A stretch of 64,000 bases of DNA, from NCBI GenBank assembly GCA_013239625.1, contig MU054338.1:6798724-6862723 (forward strand). The letters are read 5' to 3'. This DNA comes from Lama guanicoe (Eukaryota). Below, in pieces: positions 25,701-36,455 of this stretch (position 1 is its first letter; every line of letters begins with the position of its first letter). Below the pieces are notes generated by a model. That model was not told the origin of the DNA and ran no database searches. It saw nothing but the letters and a program-made list of their open reading frames with translations. The translations under genes were made by a program, and so were the position numbers.

Positions 25701-28700
25701 GGCAGTGCCAGTCTGGGTGTCAGAAGGAAGAATGAGAGGACAAGTTTAAAGATCATTATCAACATCCTTGATATTTACTGGGTGCTTACTGCCTACCTAG
25801 TGCTTTATATGCATCACCTCATTTTATCCCACAGCCTTTTCATATTCAAATTTTGCTGTTTAAAAGCTGTGCAGTCTTCAGCAACTCACTTATCCTCTCT
25901 GGGTTTTACTTTCCCCAGCTATGTAAAATGGAATAATCATAGTTCTATCTATGCAATCATGCATATAAAAGTACGTAGCACAAGGTCCAGCTTGTGGAAA
26001 ATAGAAATTGTTACCAATATCACTGTTTATAACTGAAAGAAGACACTCTAGTTGTCCCCAATATTATCATTTCCCCCATCACGTGTGGCATCTTTTATAG
26101 ATCACTCAGAATGAAGACTACATTTCCCAGCCTGCTTTGCATCTAGGTGGGGCCCTGTGACTGAGTTCTGGCCAATGAGTTGTGAGAGCAATGTCCTCTC
26201 TCTCCCACTTCCCTCCAGCCTGGAGCCTGGCAGGAGGTCCTGGTAAGATTCCATCTTGGAATATGGTAGAATAGCAAGCTAGAAGGAGCCTGAGTCCCAG
26301 AATGACCTCTGGACTGTTACGGAACAAGAAATAAACTTCTACCTTATTTAAGCTACTGTTAGTTTGTATCTCTGATACACATGGCCAAACCTACATTTTA
26401 ATTAGCACACAGTGAGTTACTTCTATTATTTCCATCTTATGGATGGATAAACTGAGAATCAGAGAGGAAATCTGGCCTATGGTAAATGGCAAGGTCCTGG
26501 ATTTTAGCCCATCTGTTTCACACCAAAGTCCATGCTCCTAACTACCAGACAGCAGTCCCCCATCCCTGCCCTCCTCCTGCCCCCCATCTATACCTGAGCT
26601 TGCCAAAGTGTCCATCCCTGTGCTCATCTTCATGTCCAGTCCAGCATCCTTGAACACAGCAAGTCTGTCTTTCCCACTGCCTGCTGTGCAGCCAATGTCA
26701 TGTTCCTCCACCAAATCCCAGACCTGAGGGTCAAGAGAGGAACCTGGATTTGGAGCCTGTATGACCCCCTCCAGGGAAGGTGCAAGGTAATTGCTGTAAT
26801 TTCTGGTTCAAATAATAATTCCACACCGTCGTCCATTTATTGAGCCCTCACCACCTGCCAGTCTCTATGTTGTGCACTGGTTCTTTGAATCCTTGCAGCC
26901 GCCAATATTGCCCATTTAATAGCTGAAAAAACTGAGGCTCCAGCTAGACTCTCCAGGCAACCTCTTGGCCCAAAGCCCACATGCTCTCACCTTCTTCTGT
27001 GTGAGCTTGTGTTTGCTGTTCAAGATAGAGACAGCCTTGTCCATGGCCACCAGCCCCACTGTGGCCTCTGCATCACCTGTCACCTTCAATTCCACCCAGC
27101 TGCTGGGCTCTACCAGCTGCAAGTATCTTTCATTCTTCATGCCAACCTTCAGCTAAGTGAGGAAGAAGAGAGATGTCAGGAAAAGGGGCTCATAGAGCAC
27201 CAAGTGGCTTCCCCAAGTCCACTTTTGGGTTCCACCAGGCTAATCTCAACCCTACACATTTGCTTGTGTCTTCTCCACCTCCTAGGTTGAGCTCTCAAGG
27301 CCATATCACTTCTTATTCCTCTCTTCTGTTCCCAGACTGAGAACTCTCCCCTGAGCATTATGATGGTGAAGTACAGCTTCAAGGAGTTTGGCTCACCGTC
27401 CCCATGCATCTGTCATTCACATCAATCCAAATGGAATCAGCCACCAGTTCAGGATCCCAGCCTGTCCCCCTGGGCAGTAAATAGAAGGCCAGGATGCGGA
27501 AGGAGGGCAGCATCTCTGAAGTCACGTGAATGACGGCTGACGTGTAGACACTCCCATGACTGTGTTCTTGGTGTTTGGCGTACACAATCTGGCCCTTACT
27601 CAGGACCTTGGAGACAAGAGGGAGGAGGAGGGTAGGGCCAGCCCTTCCCCAAGGCTGTCCCAGCCCACGAGGGAGGCCCATAGTCCCTTTGTTTAAGGGA
27701 CTTGTTTAAGCCCCTCGTTCTGAGCCCATCCCAGATGGCTCCCACCAACTTAGTTTGCCAGAGTTCCAGGCAAAGAATTCCTCAGCTCAAGTCCCGGTCC
27801 CAGCCTCTCACCAGGATGGTGAAGTGAGTGATCCGGTCCTCATCTGCGGGATTTTGATGCCTTGTGTTGAGGCTCAGCTGGATGTTGCTGCCAACCTCTG
27901 TGCCCAGAGTCTTCACCTCAATGTGCAGGAAGTTCCCTGACCCATCCTGAGTTAAGTAAGGCCAAGCTGTCATACTGGCTGAAGCCTGCTCCTCTGGCCG
28001 GAGAGATTCATCAGTTTCTACCTGGGAAGAGTGACGGGCAAGTAAACCCCCCAATGACCCCTCCAGGTCACACAGTCCCAACCCCACTGCCCCTGCCCCA
28101 TCAGGTTGGTACCAGGATAGGGAGCTCCTTTTGATCAGCATTTGTGTCGATGGTCAGAGTGGCCACCCCACTGGGCAAGGTGTATAGTTTTTGGTTTTGG
28201 CAGCGGACGAGGACTCTGGAGGCTGGGGACCCATCAGGATTTGAGACGAAGACCTGGGGTGGAATCTAGGGTGAGATCAAGGACAGGCCTGGGGGTGGCC
28301 TGACTGGAGAGGTGGAAACTGGGAATGCAATCTGGATAAGACTATCTTGTACAGTTGTACAAGTTGTGCACTGAGCAAACCAGGGGCACCTTTCATTTAG
28401 CGTCTATGAATGGTGCCCGCTAGAGTCTTGCAGAGTCCAACTGTATGTAGCAGCCCTGGGTGTTGGTGTGCCAAGGTGGGTAGGGATGGGGGAAATTGAG
28501 AGTGAAAAGGGTAGGAGGAGATGTGGGGGGCTTGGGAAAAACTCTGAGTAGAATTGGCACTAGAGGATGTCTCCAACTTTTCTAATCCCCATCAGACATC
28601 TCAAAGAATGTATGTAAAAACAGCATGCTTGCAGTGCAAATGTAGCCTCAAGATAAACTAAGCACCACCTTCCAGCCTGACTGTGACCCTTAACTCTCCA

Positions 28701-31700
28701 TAGAGAAGTTCTGGAGCCATCATTGTGCTTTGGGGGGACCTGGGTTAAGACTTGAGGGATCCTTGGGATTGGTCTGGAGGCATGATGGATTCCACTCTCA
28801 GACAGATGGGGTGTGTGTGTGTGTGTGGGTGGGGATGGGGAGAGAGGCAGAGGGTAGAAGAATCCAGGGTGGGTTTTTGTCTCCTGGGAAGGTCTGTTTC
28901 AAGGAGGGGGTCCTGAGTCCCTGTGTGGAATGAACCCAGACTCTGACCCTGAAGTGGAATGGCATCCCCGGCTTGAAGTACTGGGGTGTCCTGGTGAACT
29001 TGATGTTGTATGGGCTCCGGACGATCTTCACCCCGGAGGTCTCAGCCTGGACCATCTCACCCCCTGAAGAGACAGGGGGACTGTGAGGTCTGTGGGGGAG
29101 GTTCAGTTTCTCGGGGGGAGGAGCAGAGCTTGCTGGAAAGGGAGGCCCATCTTGGTAAAGGCGAGAAGACACAGTAACACAATTTCAGCCTCTCCCAGCC
29201 CGTCTGGGATTTCCCCATTTCTCTGATGAGGAAACTGAGGCAGGAGGTGGCTTGAGGTCATGTGGGTGGAGTGTCTGCATTGGGAAGGGACATGGTGTCC
29301 TGACCTCAGCCAGGGGCCTGGGTGAGGGTGGCACCTGAGGAGAAGACAGTGACGTTGACAAAGATTGAGGCCCCGATGAAGTCCTCTTCTGGGCCCTGGA
29401 ATGTGGCCATGAGTGTGTCCTTCTGGAGGGAGACGTGGCCCAGGCCTTCAGAGATCTGTTCTCAGGGCAGGAGAGAGGAGAGGAGATAGTTTCTTGGGAG
29501 CTTTGGGAGGGTTGAGGGAGGGGAGGCGGGGAAGGGGAAAAGAGGAGAGAGGAGGTAGGGGAGGAGAGATGGGGGAGGGGTGGGACTCAGTCACCTCCAC
29601 CCTTTGCAGGGAGCTTTGGATGGGGATCCGACGGGAATCCAGCTTCACCCCAAAGATGACCAGAGCATGTCCATCCACTGGCTTGTTGAATATATATCTG
29701 GGGGATTGACAAGCATCACACTGGCTCTGAAGCTACAACCTTGTGTAGCTGCAGAGATCGTCTGTATGATCTCATGAGGCTACGGCGATGGCCATAACAC
29801 TTTGGGAGGGGCAGAGGTGGTCCCTGGTAACTTAGATGGTTTCATTGCTGACCAACACAGCCCTGGGAGTGACAAATCTGTCCCATGGAGCCTTGTTGGG
29901 TTGCAGATGTGGCCTGTTCAACCTCACAAGATGGTAGAGGTAGTCTGTAGAGTCAAATGGAGCCACAGAGAAGTCTGGACAACCCTCAGGGTGGCCAAGG
30001 TGGCCTGTGAAGACTCCTGGGGCAGACTAGGTGATTTTTAGAGCATGACAGAGCTGCAGAAATGGTCTGTATAATGTCAAGAAGTGGCAGACGTGGCCCT
30101 TACAAGCTTAGGTGGACAACATGGTTGGTATAGCCTTATAAATCCATAGAGATGGTCTGTAAATGCCATAAGGCAGCAAATATGACTTTTGCAATTTCAT
30201 GGAGCTTCAGAGATGGTCTAGACAACCTCACAAGATGGCAAAGGTGCCTGTGCAGCCTTGTGGACCTTTAGAGATGGTCCAAACCACAAGATGTGGTCTA
30301 ATTCCATTAGGTGGACAAGGTGGCCTGTACAACCCTAGGGACCTGAAGGGATGGTCTGCACAACCTCACGAGACAAGAATGTCTCATGGGTGGCAGAGAG
30401 TCTCTACTGTATTCCAAGAACTACAGAAGTAGCCCGCTTCTCTCTACCCATTCCGTTTCTTGGCCTCCCTCATCCTCTGGCCAGGCTGTGGGTAAAGGAA
30501 CTCACCGGGCCTCGATGTTCACACCCAGAGCCTCATCACTGAAGTAGAAGAATGTCTTGTTTGGCATCAGCTGGACCTCAAAAGATGGGAGCACTGGGTG
30601 GAGGAAGGAGAGTTGCACCTCAGTATTTCACTGTCCTCCCCTACCCACCCCACCTTACTCACTCCTCTGATTCTGTTAACCCCAAAGGGCTGGAACACGT
30701 GGTCCTGTCCTCCACACCCAGCTCAGGCCCTGGCACCCAGCAGGTGCACCACGAGACCTCCTTTCCACTTCCAGCGCTGTTTCCTGTGTGTCCCGCCTTG
30801 TCCTCCCCATCACACCCTTCTCACCATACTCCTTCACTTCAAAGGCAGACTTGAACTTCTGCTTGGGTGCACTTTGGTAACTGGCTTCGATGCTCCAGGT
30901 CCCAAGACTGAGGCACAGAGAGTTAGGAGAGATGGAACTTGAGAAGGAGAGCCTCCTCCCACCATCCCTAGGGTTCCCAGCAGGGCACCTGATGAGCTCT
31001 GGGAGCCGGAAGGAGTTTGTGAAGACACCGTCCTCGGCCAGCCAATCCTGGCTGATCACAGTGATCCCTTCCGGGTTCTGTGGAGATAGGGAGTGGGTGG
31101 TTCATGCCCCAGACCTTCAGCATGTGCTATAACCCCCATGACTGGGATCCATCCTTCCCTCAGGAGAGGCCACCTTGATGTCCAGAGTGAATGTCCTGCT
31201 CACAGGATCCATCTTGTGGTTCACGGTGTACACCCGGTATTGAACTGGAGAAGGAGGGAAGACTCTGAGCAGGGGATAGCGTTTGGAAAGTGGCTGTAAT
31301 CATTAATTAGGAGCTTGGGCAGTCGGGGGACCTTGGACAGAAGGAGAGGTTGGGAGGTGGACATGTGGTTGCTGGGGGAAACCGGAGGGCTGTACCCCAG
31401 TGCTCAGGAGTGTAGATGGTCTTGTCTGTCTGGATGAAGATGTAGCCAGCATGGGGAGCCACCAGCACCAGCTTCTCCATGAATGAGGTGGGTGCCCAAT
31501 TTGCTCGGATGATGAGATACTGCTGCCCCGGTTGTGGGGGGTATACCAGGCTCTCGGGAATCTGGGGAGAGGTGCCCACACTCCTCAGAGACTGCTGGGG
31601 TCTCCACCCCTGCAGGTAAAGCCCTGGGCCAGATCTTGGAGAAGCAATGGAATGGGAGCTCTCTGGCGCTGCCATGGGGAGTAGATTGCTCCCAATCAAA

Positions 31701-32424
31701 GACATCCAGCCCAGGAGGAATGCAATCCCGGTCAGGTGCAGTTTCCCAATCCACCAGCAGAGGGCCCCTTTCATTAATTCGCACGAAGCATTCTATGGGC
31801 TCAGCAAGGCCTCTCTTGGAGCCCAGACTTAGGGGACTTTGGAGTTCTAAATACACAAGAGAAGCCGTAAGTCTATCCAGGCCCTGCATTTCTTCTCCAG
31901 TGTGCCTTGTGGGAAGTCTGTCTAGAATCTGCCCCTCTCCACCCTTGCAGCTGAGCCAGAGCCTCCCTCTATGGCCATCCATCCTGGCCCCTCACCCACC
32001 GTCACCAGTGTTTGGTCCATAAAGTGGTTTTCGGGTGAGAGAATGAGCTGGCTACTAGCTACCGTCTTCTTCTTCATGGGGAAGTCCCAGATGGTGAGGT
32101 TCACCTCGAGGGGTCTGGTGAGGGGCTCTCCGGAGTCCGAGTGAGCCTGCACGTGGATTTTCTCCGGGCTGCCCACCCGCAGGACCCGGGGCGTCACCAG
32201 GATGTACCTGCCAACAGACAAACACAGGGGCACAGGGTGACTCGAGTTGGGGAAGCATTGGCAGAGACAGACGGGGTCACGTGCAGGGAATCACACAGAT
32301 GGCAAATGAGCAGGCTGCCTGCTGGCTGAGTCTCCCCAGTTCTCCAGACTCACAGAGGCTCAGCATGGACCACAGGGATCCCCAGGAGGAGCAGAATGAA
32401 CCCCAGGGGCCAGGGCATGTCCAT
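7727..32424 (-). CDS. C3P1: Complement C3-like thioester-family protein; apparently intact positional orthologue of human C3P1; 41 coding exons, ~1657 aa
   Basis: Exons in transcript order, all with GT/AG ends and consistent phase: 32354-32424, 32000-32207, 31396-31561, 31174-31244, 30989-31077, 30825-30907, 30506-30593, 29595-29697, 29335-29455, 28948-29063, 28113-28253, 27812-28021, 27397-27606, 26991-27152, 26594-26723, 25635-25712, 23952-24149, 23653-23764, 23240-23325, 22997-23136, 22392-22598, 21690-21741, 21446-21532, 21101-21304, 19909-19984, 19495-19663, 16884-16979, 16570-16723, 15541-15713, 15224-15382, 13954-14013, 12979-13069, 11645-11690, 10506-10593, 10094-10180, 9773-9878, 9230-9319, 8715-8801, 8539-8628, 8296-8431, 7727-7859. 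Sum is 4974 nt with no internal stop. Kozak ACCGCCATGG; signal peptide [22 protein letters not shown]3-family motifs [64 protein letters not shown]. The symbol rests on the COL5A3-RDH8-C3P1 gene order known from human 19p13.2. Confidence 0.9.
13200..13350. mobile_element. MER3/MER33-like hAT DNA transposon fragment
   Basis: aatagaactttctgcagtgatgg...cacatgtggctactgagcacttgagatgtggctagt. Confidence 0.6.
17741..17865 (+). mobile_element. Vic-1-like SINE
   Basis: gggggagggtatagctcaagtggtagagtgcacacttagcatgcataagatcctgggttcaatccccagtacctcc. Confidence 0.85.
17910..18026 (-). mobile_element. Vic-1-like SINE, inverted relative to its neighbour
   Basis: ggcactggggattgaacccaggaccttgtgcatgctaagcacgtggtctactgctgagctataccttcccc. 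Confidence 0.85.
18741..18898 (+). mobile_element. Vic-1-like SINE with 12-bp target-site duplication
   Basis: TSD aaagagaagaca at 18724-18735 and 18899-18910. Confidence 0.85.
19456..19484 (+). repeat. (GGGGT)5GGGG pentanucleotide repeat
   Basis: Six G4 runs read directly from the sequence. Confidence 0.9.
21216..21230 (-). other. Thioester-site motif GCPEQ (exon 24 of the C3-like gene)
   Basis: GGC TGC CCC GAG CAG in the context [19 protein letters not shown], aligning to C3 HLIVTPSGCGEQNMIGMTP. Confidence 0.9.
23566..23580 (+). promoter_or_regulatory. CTCF motif CCACTAGGGGGCGCT in intron 18 of the C3-like gene
   Basis: Near-perfect match to the CTCF core CCAC(C/T)AG(G/A)(G/T)GGCGC. Confidence 0.6.
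23952..24149 (-). other. Anaphylatoxin-domain exon (exon 17) of the C3-like gene
   Basis: KCCEAG...LSCEER...CIAAFLSCC: the six-Cys CC-C-C-CC pattern of C3a/C4a/C5a. Confidence 0.9.
25185..25300 (-). mobile_element. Vic-1-like SINE
   Basis: ggaggtactggggattgaacccagg...ctctaccactgtgctatacccttcccc. Confidence 0.8.
25669..25680 (-). other. Furin-type beta/alpha chain processing site RHRR|S
   Basis: CGC CAC CGC CGC then TCC in exon 16, at the position of C3 RRRR|S; fits R-X-R/K-R. Confidence 0.8.
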
Positions 32425-32543
32425 GGCGGTGGGAGGATGATATTGGGCCCGAGGCTCCCAATGCCTGTCTTCTGTCCACTCCAGCTCCGGTCTGTTTGCC
32501 TTGGCCTGTCCTGGCTGAGTTAATATCTAAACTGACACAGGGA

Positions 32544-32553
32544 GGAAATTCCC
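32544..32553 (-). promoter_or_regulatory. Consensus NF-kB site GGGAATTTCC ~120 bp upstream of the C3-like ATG
   Basis: + strand ggaaattccc = GGGAATTTCC on the - strand; GC box gggcgggg nearby at ~32593-32600. Motif match only. Confidence 0.5.
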
Positions 32554-32952
32554 ATAAACCCAATGTTCCTTCCTTCTCAGCCCAGCCTCTGTGGGCGGGG
32601 TGCTGGGGACCGTTGCATTGAGAAGTGTTGCAGCCCCACCCCTGCCTTGGGGGCCAAGGTGTTAAGAGGGTTGCCTTTTCCTTCAGCCATGAGGTCTCAT
32701 CCCGATGTCCTCTCCTCCCCCAGCAGGGAGCCCGGGCCACGTGGCCCAGGGCCTGGACTCAGGACTTGTTTGGGATTGGCTGGTAGGGGCAGGAGGAAAG
32801 AGAATTGTCCTCACCTCTGCCCTTGGCAGGAGTTTCTGGGGTAGCGGCTCAAACGGGCTGGTGCCGGTGTGATGTTTTCATTTCCCAATCGCCGGCCTGA
32901 TCAGTCATGTGGCATTTAGCCGTCTGGCCCCAGGACTCACTCTGATGGAAGC

Positions 32953-33184
32953 TTCTGGGAAATGCATGGGGCAAATCCTCTTGCTGGACTTTAGATCCTT
33001 CTGCATCCAGCCTGTGCCACGTGGATTTTCTCCTTTCTCACAGGAGGCTGTTATGCTCGGTAAATTGTGACAATTGTCCATTGTTCCTAAATCATGCCAA
33101 TCTCCCTGGGCTCCTTTTCCAGAAGGCAAATTATATATATTAAACTTGGGAGAAAAATACATCATGCTTGAAGCATTCCTGGAA
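32953..33184. promoter_or_regulatory. Two STAT/GAS elements: TTCTGGGAA (32953-32961) and TTCCTGGAA (33176-33184)
   Basis: Both match TTC-N3-GAA, 0.5-0.8 kb upstream of the C3-like ATG. Motif match only. Confidence 0.4.
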
Positions 33185-34989
33185 GAAGGCTCTCTCTGTT
33201 CTGAGATCATTCTCACTGGCTGTTTCAAATGCCCAGTAAAGAGGTTGAAACCAATGTGTGGTGCCTGCCCCTTAGAAGCAGGTGGGGTTGCAGACAAGTT
33301 TTCTTCCTTCTTCAGTGAAGTCAATGTTGCCAGCTTGGGGAGTCTTTCCTATTAGAGGGCCCCGGATCTCACAAAACAATGATAATATACGTTTATACAA
33401 CAAAGATTCATAAAGTATTTACTAGAAGCTTGGCCCCAATTAGCATGCTGGGGGACGCAGCAGTGACCACAAGAGACAAAGTCCCTGCTTGCGTGGAGTG
33501 GACATTTTCCAAGAACTTTCTTACTAAGGCCTAAGGTGCACTTCCTCCTTAAACCTCACCGCCTCCCATGAATTGGGTTCCATGTGCACCCACTTTCCAG
33601 ACTTTACCTTTGTAGCGAGCAGGGGAACAGAGAGTGTCAGACACCAACGGGGTAGTCATTTATTCCTGGGGCATTCATTGTGTGTCTACTATGTACCAGG
33701 CACTGTTCTATATGCTCTGTATACACTCACAGAAGTCTCCAACCTATGCTCAAGTAAGAATTATCACCATTGTACAGACGAGAAAACTGAAGCCCTGAGT
33801 GGGTGGGCAACTAGCCCCGTGTCAGGCAGATGAGCCAGGAGGATGGGTCATGCTCTTAAGTCTATGGAAACAATCTCCTATGAAGCAAAGAATCCACAGA
33901 ATCGAATGAAGACCTGGACCAGGGAAGCAGGTGAGACCTAATTTAGAAGATTCTGAAACATTGGTATCCACTTGGGGTGGCATATTCCACTGCCATCCCT
34001 GGCTCTCAGGGAATCTCCATTAGTTCTATTCAGCAATCCCTTCACATCTTCATCCCCATACCAGGTGTCCATGTCCACCCCCTGCATCTTGTGGGCTCCC
34101 AGGGGACCAGGACAGGGGGTTATGCAAAGGTGAGGAGCTTCAGGGACTTTATTCTCAGTCCCTCCCACCTTTCTCTCCAGTGTGGGCTCCCTCCCTCAGT
34201 GCCAGTGTTTCTGTCTCCCCAGTGAGAATTTTTGCCAAGTAGGTCCATCGGAGCCTCTCTGAAGCACATTTAGGCCTGTGGCAGTCCCTTGAGTTTCTAC
34301 TTTGACTTGGGGGTGGGTCCGGGAAGGGAAAAACTGCCCATGGGTACCAACAAGCATCAGAGGAGGCGGAGAAACACTTTGAAAATACTTTGTCCTTAGG
34401 GATATCACCTTGCCACCCTGTGAACTGATGGAGACAAAAATGGGTGCTGAGTGAATGAGTCATAGCAGGAGCTCACATCTCATGCACCTGACCCCTCCAC
34501 ACTACCCTCGATCTAGGCTCCTCTAAAGAAGACCGATAAGCATTTGCCTAATAATTAATAATAAAATAAATAAAATTTGAGCACCTACTGTGTGCCTGGC
34601 CTCGTTGTAGGTGCTGGGGACACAGCAGTGAGTTGGATGGAAACCTCCACCCTTGTGAAGTGAATGTTTACTGTAGCCACGTTCACCTGGACCATCTCTT
34701 TTCATCCTCTCAACAATCTATCTAATGGGACCATCGACCCATTTTGCAGGTGAAAAAAAATACGAAGTGAAGTGTCCTGCCGAAAATTGTACAGCTGGGA
34801 AACTCTACAATTTTGCACAGAGAGGTTAAGTGATTTGCCCAGAGTCACACAGCAGGCTAAGTGATGGAACTAAGGTCCTGAATACAAGTGTTAGAGGGAG
34901 CCCACGGAGTGGAGGAGGTCCGAAGAGTAGCTATGGGCTCCACCCAGGTCTGCAGCAGCTGTTAGTGGTCTAATTCAACCTCTCGATCT

Positions 34990-35290
34990 TGGCCACCAGA
35001 GGGCGCCAGCGAACCTCCAGCCAGACGCGGAGTAGCGCTCGGCCTCCTCCCGCAGGAATGCCGCTGGCGGAGGGAGGGGACGTTGGCCGCACGCCCAGAG
35101 CAGCTGCCGCTGCCGTTCAGATTCCCTCCCCCTCGCCCCCCCGCTCCCCCCCCACCTGGGATCCCGGGTTTGCAGCGAGGGGGCCACGGCGGGAGGGGCG
35201 TCTTTGCAGGGTATTTGTGGCCTCTGTTTTCGCACCCTCCTCCTGGGCTTCCAGCCCGAGGCTTCCCGGGAAAGGCCGGGCAGGACTCAG
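34990..35290. promoter_or_regulatory. Small CpG/GC-rich island beginning with the CTCF motif TGGCCACCAGAGGGCGCCA (34990-35008)
   Basis: Dense CpG and GC boxes in otherwise CpG-poor intergenic DNA; strong CTCF consensus match. Confidence 0.6.
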
Positions 35291-36455
35291 GAGGCAAGGA
35301 TTTAACTCCCACAACAACGTAACAACATACGGCTGTCATTTATGACACATTTACAAAGTTCCTGCACTTGGTAGGACTTACTTTCCACCAGCCCCTCCAT
35401 TCTACAGATGAGGAAACTGAGGCTCAGAGAGGTACGGCTGATTGCTCAGGTAGGAAGGGTCAGGAGTTTCTTGGCGTGGATATTATGGCCAGGATGTGCC
35501 CAGTTTTGTCACTTCCTGTTCCAGCCTGGGCTTCTTGGGTCATTCCTTGGTTCCCGAGGGCTTGTAAATCAGCCCACTTGTTTTCCCGAGGGCTTCAAGA
35601 ACTGGCTTTGCTTCCCGATCCCTAAGGGCATCGCATGCCTCCTCTGCTGGTGGAAGGAGGTCTCTGACAGCAGAGAAAGTTTTCAAGAGAAGCTTATTGC
35701 TAAGGCAGGAGAAAGAATAATCCAGCAATCCCATTTCGGGTTGATCACTGGGTCTGAAAGCACAATGGAATTTCAAAGACGAGCACCCCTACAGAACTCA
35801 CAGACTGGTCAGGGAGAACTATCCATAAATAAGCAGCTGAGAGGGCCCAGAGAGACTTCTTTACCCATCTAACCTGAAGGAGTCAAGGAAGGCTTCCTGG
35901 AGGAAGTGGTATTGAGGCTGAGATCAGAAAGTCTAAGTAAAGTCAGAGTAATCAGGTGAAAATTTAGGAATAGGAGTGAGAAGATGGTTTTGTTTCAGGC
36001 CAACAGCATGTGCAAAGACCTGGAAGGGAGATGGAGTATGGTGGTTTGGGCAACAGAAAAAGAGCTTTAAATCTTTCTCATTGGGCCAAGGAGAGTCTCA
36101 CTTTGATGTATTAATTTACCCATTCATATATTAGATATTTGGGGATCTACCATGTGCCACATGTAGGTGCTGAGGATGCAGCGGAACACACAGACAATAA
36201 TCTCCTCCCCATGGAGTTGCCATTCTAGTGGGTGGAGATGGGCAAGAAACATATATGTCAGGAGATGAGAAATAAAGCAGGTTCAGGGGCTAGAGTGACA
36301 GACAGGGTGCTGTCTTGTGGTGATCGGGGAGGGACCTCTCTGAGAAGGTGACATTTGAACACCTAAATGAGTTGAAGGAGGGATAACTGGGAAAAGTGTT
36401 CTAGGCCGAGGGAACAGCAAGTGCAAAGGCCCTGAGGTGGAAGTGTATGTGGAGT

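Noticed and set aside
7727..32424. Calling this gene the canonical C3
   Set aside because: It diverges from C3 at motifs nearly invariant in mammalian C3 (GCGEQ, LGLAR, PVIH), and its neighbours RDH8 and COL5A3 mark the C3P1 locus.
7727..32424. Calling it a pseudogene by analogy with human C3P1
   Set aside because: I found no stop, frameshift or broken splice site in 41 exons. Expression is still unproven.
32520..32533. HNF1 site in the C3-like promoter (GTTAATATCTAAAC)
   Set aside because: Only one half-site matches well, too weak to claim liver specificity.
34962..35345. Overlapping 66-125 aa ORFs on both strands
   Set aside because: Expected in stop-poor GC-rich DNA; no recognisable domain.
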